In this document: piece by piece, positions 59,401-64,000 of the stretch
Position numbering within the stretch: the first letter of the stretch is position 1
Layout: every line of letters begins with the position of its first letter
NCBI RefSeq assembly: GCF_032191835.1
Contig: NC_083241.1
Span: 434,001-498,000 of the forward strand
Direction: 5' to 3'
Origin: Heteronotia binoei
Taxonomy: Eukaryota
Length of the DNA stretch: 64,000 nucleotides
Position numbers and translations under genes: made by a program
The notes under the pieces: model-generated
Told to the model about the DNA's origin: nothing
Seen by the model: the letters and a program-made list of their open reading frames with translations, nothing else
Databases searched by the model: none

Positions 59401-61465
59401 TGATCAGAAATAATAGAATTTTGACATAGATTTTACAAATAGAAATATAACAAATAAGGAATGATTTCCAACAATATTTCAATTAAGATTCCTCAGGATG
59501 AGATGCACTCCTAAAGGTTGACTCCGTACAGAATTTTTGAAAGAAAGTCCTCAAAAAATGGGGTCATGCACCAGTCTTCTCAGTGCGCAGCTATGCACAA
59601 TGAATGCCTTGTGTGATGGGACGGTACTCAATATTCCCCATTTCACTGACACTTTTTCCAGCTTAGTGTTTCTAGTATCGGGGCATGGCAAGAATGCTTC
59701 AAGGCACCTCAAAATTAAAAAGTGCAGCGGCTCAAATCTCTCCCCCCCAGCCTAGAAGGAGACACCACAGCTGCTGAGGGGCCAAGGAGATTTCTCCGTC
59801 TCCCTCCTGGGAAAACCTGGCCATGGCCACTTCAGGCCTCCTGCAGCCAAATCATCTGCACCATCCGAGGGCACCGGACCCCTCCTCTCAGGGTGGGGCA
59901 ACTACTCCATGGTCCTTGGTCGGCACTCTCGGCTGAATCAGCTGGCATCTGCCCAAAGGACTGCACCTGGCAGAGCCCAGAGGAGAGGGCTGGGCAGACC
60001 CCCGTATTAGCCAGCCACAGGGTTCTGTGGGGCCAGCACTCAAAGCTCTGCTCTGGGGCACAACTTCCCTATGGCCAGCACTGCTGCAGCCGAGGCCATG
60101 AACTCCAAATCCTGGCTTCTCGCTCTCCGTGCCCAAGCCAGCATCTGCCCCATTCCCTCTCCAGCTGCTCCTCAGAACACTCCGGCCGCCCACTTCTATG
60201 GGGAGGGGGAGCACAGCAAGAAGGGAAGAGCCGGAGCCCAGCAGCCCCTCCAAGACACAGGCAACTGGGGGGGAGTCGCTACTCAGCTCTTCATATCCAG
60301 ATGGGGGGCTGTGTGGCTCTGTCTGCAGCAGCAGCAGGAAAGAGCCGGAGTCCAGCAGCAGCTGAACAAGTAACACCATTGGTGGCCGCAGGGGAAGAGC
60401 TTGTGGGAGTCCCTGCTTCAGATACTGAAGGTACTTCCAAGCTCACGTCAGGGTCTGGAGTCAGCAGTGCCTCCTGAAAGCTCCCCCCTCCCTGTGGCCA
60501 CAATGTCTGCTGCGGACAGACTCACACAGCCAAAGTGCCCGTTCGTTCTGTTCTGCAGTACTTGGTGAAGCACTGCTGGGCAGAAATTCCACAAAGGTAT
60601 CCTGGAGACCTGCAGCATTCTGTGGGGAGCCATCCGAAGGCAAGTCCTGAAACATCTGCAGAGGCTGGAGGGGCCAGGGAGGGGAATAATCTGTCTCTGC
60701 CCCCTCCACTACTCCAGGCACCCTTCACGTTGAGATCAAGCACCAAGCCTGCCAGTCCAAGAAGCAAGCAGGGATGCCACAAAGTCCTGAGGGGCATCAG
60801 GAAAGGTGCCCATTCCCCCCCCTGGTGGAAGAGGGAAGGTGAAGCATGAGGTGCCAGTCACCCGGCTCTCCGCTCTGGCATCAGGAATTCTGCCTGCCTG
60901 GGAACAAGCGAGGCTCCAGCCAGGGGAGGGGAGGGGAGGGGAGCTGGGCTCACCGTGCTCCGTCTTCAGCAGCTCCTGGAAATCTTGCTTGGTCTTCTTC
61001 TTCATGATGGACTCACAGGCCCCTATATCTGGAGGCACAACAAGGACTGTGCAAAGAGATCTGCAAATGCCTCGATCCCTGCCTCCCTCCCCCCCCCCAC
61101 GGCTGCTCCTCTTCATCCACCTTAAATGCAGCCTAACCCCCCACCCCCGCCCCATACCCAGCCGTCCAGGGGAGGGAGGGAGGGACCTACGCAGGCTGAG
61201 CAGGCGATGCTCTTGCTTCAAGCCCTTCAGCTCCTGGGACACAAAGTTCTTCATCTGCTTGATGTCCATCCCACGGCGTCGCTGCAAGGCAAGAGGGCAT
61301 CATGCTACCAGGTGGCCAACGTCCCCCGCCCCAGACTGCTTCCCCACCCCGCCATGGCCCGTCTCCCCGCCCGCTTACATCATACTGCGCCTGCAAGTTC
61401 CGTGCCTTTTGGCTCAGGAAGCCAAACACGCCGGAGAAGTGCTCGTTGCGGATCTTGCAGAACAC
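56482..61465 (-). CDS. VPS33B: Vacuolar protein sorting 33B, last 12 coding exons (332 aa); the 5' part lies beyond the window
   Basis: Exons (minus): 61379-61465, 61191-61281, 60954-61028, 58395-58459, 58255-58309, 58122-58168, 57774-57906, 57597-57670, 57418-57519, 57269-57344, 56704-56817, 56482-56561. Sum 999 nt is in frame. Motifs [81 protein letters not shown]. Confidence 0.95.
58780..59366 (-). mobile_element. Squam3-like SINE with five tandem 79-bp units, each containing the B-box
   Basis: Units start at 58935, 59014, 59093, 59172 and 59251. The head with A-box (TGGTGTAGTGG on minus) is at about 59340-59366 and the tail at about 58785. Confidence 0.92.
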
Positions 61466-61884
61466 CTGGGAAGGGGAGACACATGCGAGCCAGTGAGCGG
61501 TGGGACGGGCATCTGAGATCTGCTCTGCCACTTAGCTGGCCTGCTGCCACACCCTCACAGCCACCAACTGATCACGCAAAGTTGCTGGGAGGATCAGATG
61601 GAGAGCAGGAGGATGGGGGAAGCCCCCCTCCCCGGGAAGAAAGACAAAGTATGAATGAAGTAGAGTCGAGGGGGGGGGGTTGCCCTCTTGCTCTGAAGCA
61701 GCAGGGGCACCTCTGAGACCAACAGAGTTTTATTCTGGGGATTCTGGCTTTTGCCTGCATCAATGAAGTGTTGGGAATTCTGAAGGACTCCCAGCCCAAC
61801 CAGCTCAACGGGGGGGGGGGGGGGGGTTGAAACTGTAGGAACCCCATAATTTGAGAGAGAGCGAGAAACTTGTTCCAAGGTATT

Positions 61885-64000
61885 CATGATTTATTAAAAG
61901 AAAAACATACTGAACAAATTTTCAAGGAAGAAACCATTTCAGTATTTGCCTTACAGAAGGGAAAAGACAAACCAATATTTATGAACAAACAAGGCACTTC
62001 TTCTTTTAAAACAATTTTATTTAGTAACATATGGTAACTATCTATTTCTTGCATCATTAATAACTTCTTTTTATCTATCCCATATATTACTTTCTAACCA
62101 CCCCTCCCCCCGTTACTTGACCCCCACCGGTGTTATTTACTTAAAATACTAATATTTAAAGGTACCCTTAACTAATAAAAACAAAGATTAATATTCTTTT
62201 TCCTTCTAAGACTTAATCATTATCAAAAATTGTCCAATGTCCTTTTATTTTCCACTCTTTTTTTACGTATCTTCTAAACTTTTTCCACTCCATCTTAAAA
62301 ACTTCTAAGTCATAGTCTCTTAAAATTCTTGTTAATTTGTCCATTTCACTCCATGTCATAACTTTTACAATCCAATCCCATTTTTCTGGTATTTTTTCTT
62401 GCTTCCACAACTGCGCATACAATGTCCTAGCAGCTGAAAGCAAGTACCAAATTATAGTTCTATCTTCTTTTGGAAATTTTTCCATTTGTGATCCCAACAG
62501 AAAAGTCTCTGCAACTTTCTTAAATTCGTATTCCAAGATCCTAGAAATTTCTTGTTGAATCATCTGCCAATACTTTTTTGCTCTTTCACAAGTCCACCAC
62601 ATATGGTAGAAAGAACCTTCATGTTTTTTACATTTCCAACATCTATCTGGCATCTTATTGTTCATCTTTGCCAACTTTTTAGGAGTCATATACCATCTAT
62701 ACATCATTTTAAAACAGTTCTCTTTAATACTATGACACGTCGAAAGCTTTATAGAATTCTTCCACAAATATTCCCAAGTATCCATCTGTATTTCTTTATT
62801 TACATTAATTGCCCACTTAATCATTTGAGATTTCACTACTTCATCTTCCGTAGACCATTTTAAGAGTAATTTATATAATTTTGAAATTAATTTTTCATTG
62901 TCTCCAAGCAGAAGTTTTTCCATTTCTGTTTGCTCTTTTCTTATTCCTTCAGTTTTAATATTATTTTCCACCAAGCTCTTTATTTGTTGCATTTGGAACA
63001 ATCATATTTATTATTCAGCTCTTCAGCAGTTTTCAACTCTATTTTGCCACTTAGTATTTTTAATAGTTGGTTATATGACAACCACTTTTCTTCACCCGTC
63101 TCAGCTGTTATTTTTATTACTTCTGCTGGCACAATCCATAACGGTTTTCTCTCATCCCCATATTTCTTATATTTCATCCATGTATTTAGCAAATTGTTTC
63201 TTATATAATGGTGAGAGAAAAAACCATCCATCTTTTGTTTCCCATAGTACATATAAGCGTGCCAGCCAAATTTATTTCCATGACCTTCCAACGCTAAGAG
63301 TTTTTTGTTTAACAGCGTCACCCATTCTTTTATCCACACTAAACAAACTGCTTCATGATATAGTTTTAAATCTGGTAATTGGAATCCTCCTCTCTCTTTT
63401 GCATCTGTTAAAATTTTCATTTTGATCCTTGGTTTCTTCCCAGCCCACACAAACTCTGAAATTTTCCTTTGTCATTTATTAAACTGTTTACTGTCTTTCA
63501 CAATCGGAATAGTTTGAAACAAATACATTATTCTTGGCAGAATATTCATCTCAATTGCAGCTATTCTACCAAGCAATGACAAATTAAGTTTATTCCATTT
63601 TATCATATCTTCATCCATTTTACGCCATAGCTTCTCATAACTGTTTTTAAACAAATCAATATTCTTTATTGCTATCTCCACACCCAAATATTTTACCTTA
63701 GAGGTAACTTCACAACTCGTTTGCTTCTGCAGTTCCTTTCATTTACTTACTTGCATATTTTTACATAGCAGTTTTTATTTTTCTTTATTAATATAAAGTC
63801 CCGCCAGTTCTCCATATTCTTGTATTTTAACTAACAACAAAGGTGTTACTTGTATGGGATTTTCATTTATAAACATTATATCATCTGCAAATGCCCTATA
63901 TTTGTAAGTAAATCCTTTTACTTTTAATCCTTCTATTACTTTGTCTTCTTGGATTTGCATCAGTAAGAATTCAAGAGTAATTATAAACAACAGTGGGAAA
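61885..64000 (-). mobile_element. L1/Tx1-clade LINE: ORF2 3' part and 3' UTR, inactivated; runs off the window
   Basis: RT motif YRAFADDIMFI, ERGGFQLPDLKLYHEA, and the C-terminal CCHC CWKCKKHEGSFYHMWWTC. Several in-frame stops (about 63775, 63740, 63472) and a frameshift near 63000. AATAAA on minus at 61890-95. Confidence 0.92.

Noticed and set aside
61811-61827. Long G/C homopolymers throughout the window as G-quadruplex signals
   Set aside because: They are ubiquitous here and their lengths are unreliable in long-read assemblies, so none stands out.

Overview
Vertebrate genomic DNA, GC-rich and gene-dense with many introns under 100 bp. The repeat content (tRNA-derived Squam-type SINEs, CR1, L2, L1 and hAT MITEs) points to a squamate, probably a gecko (inference). 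The window holds the conserved block FES(+), MAN2A2(+), UNC45A(+), RCCD1(+), PRC1(-), VPS33B(-, 3' half only), as on human 15q26.1. I traced every coding exon by hand from splice sites and protein similarity. Summed exon lengths give intact frames for all genes except PRC1, which has a 1-bp insertion in exon 6 (possibly a homopolymer error). The main observations are: (1) no HDDC3/MESH1 exon in its mammalian position between MAN2A2 and UNC45A; (2) one SINE family repeatedly seeding minisatellites, including a copy with five tandem B-boxes; (3) a SINE tail forming the 3' splice region of the last RCCD1 exon; (4) a palindromic two-way poly(A) signal between the convergent RCCD1 and PRC1; (5) a foldback insertion with a 14-bp target duplication; (6) a conserved MAN2A2 cassette exon; (7) a GC-AG intron in VPS33B; (8) a textbook CHR/CCAAT G2/M promoter on PRC1. 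I see no new multi-gene system, and there are no rRNA, tRNA or CRISPR features. Gene identities and human comparisons come from recalled protein sequences, not from database searches.
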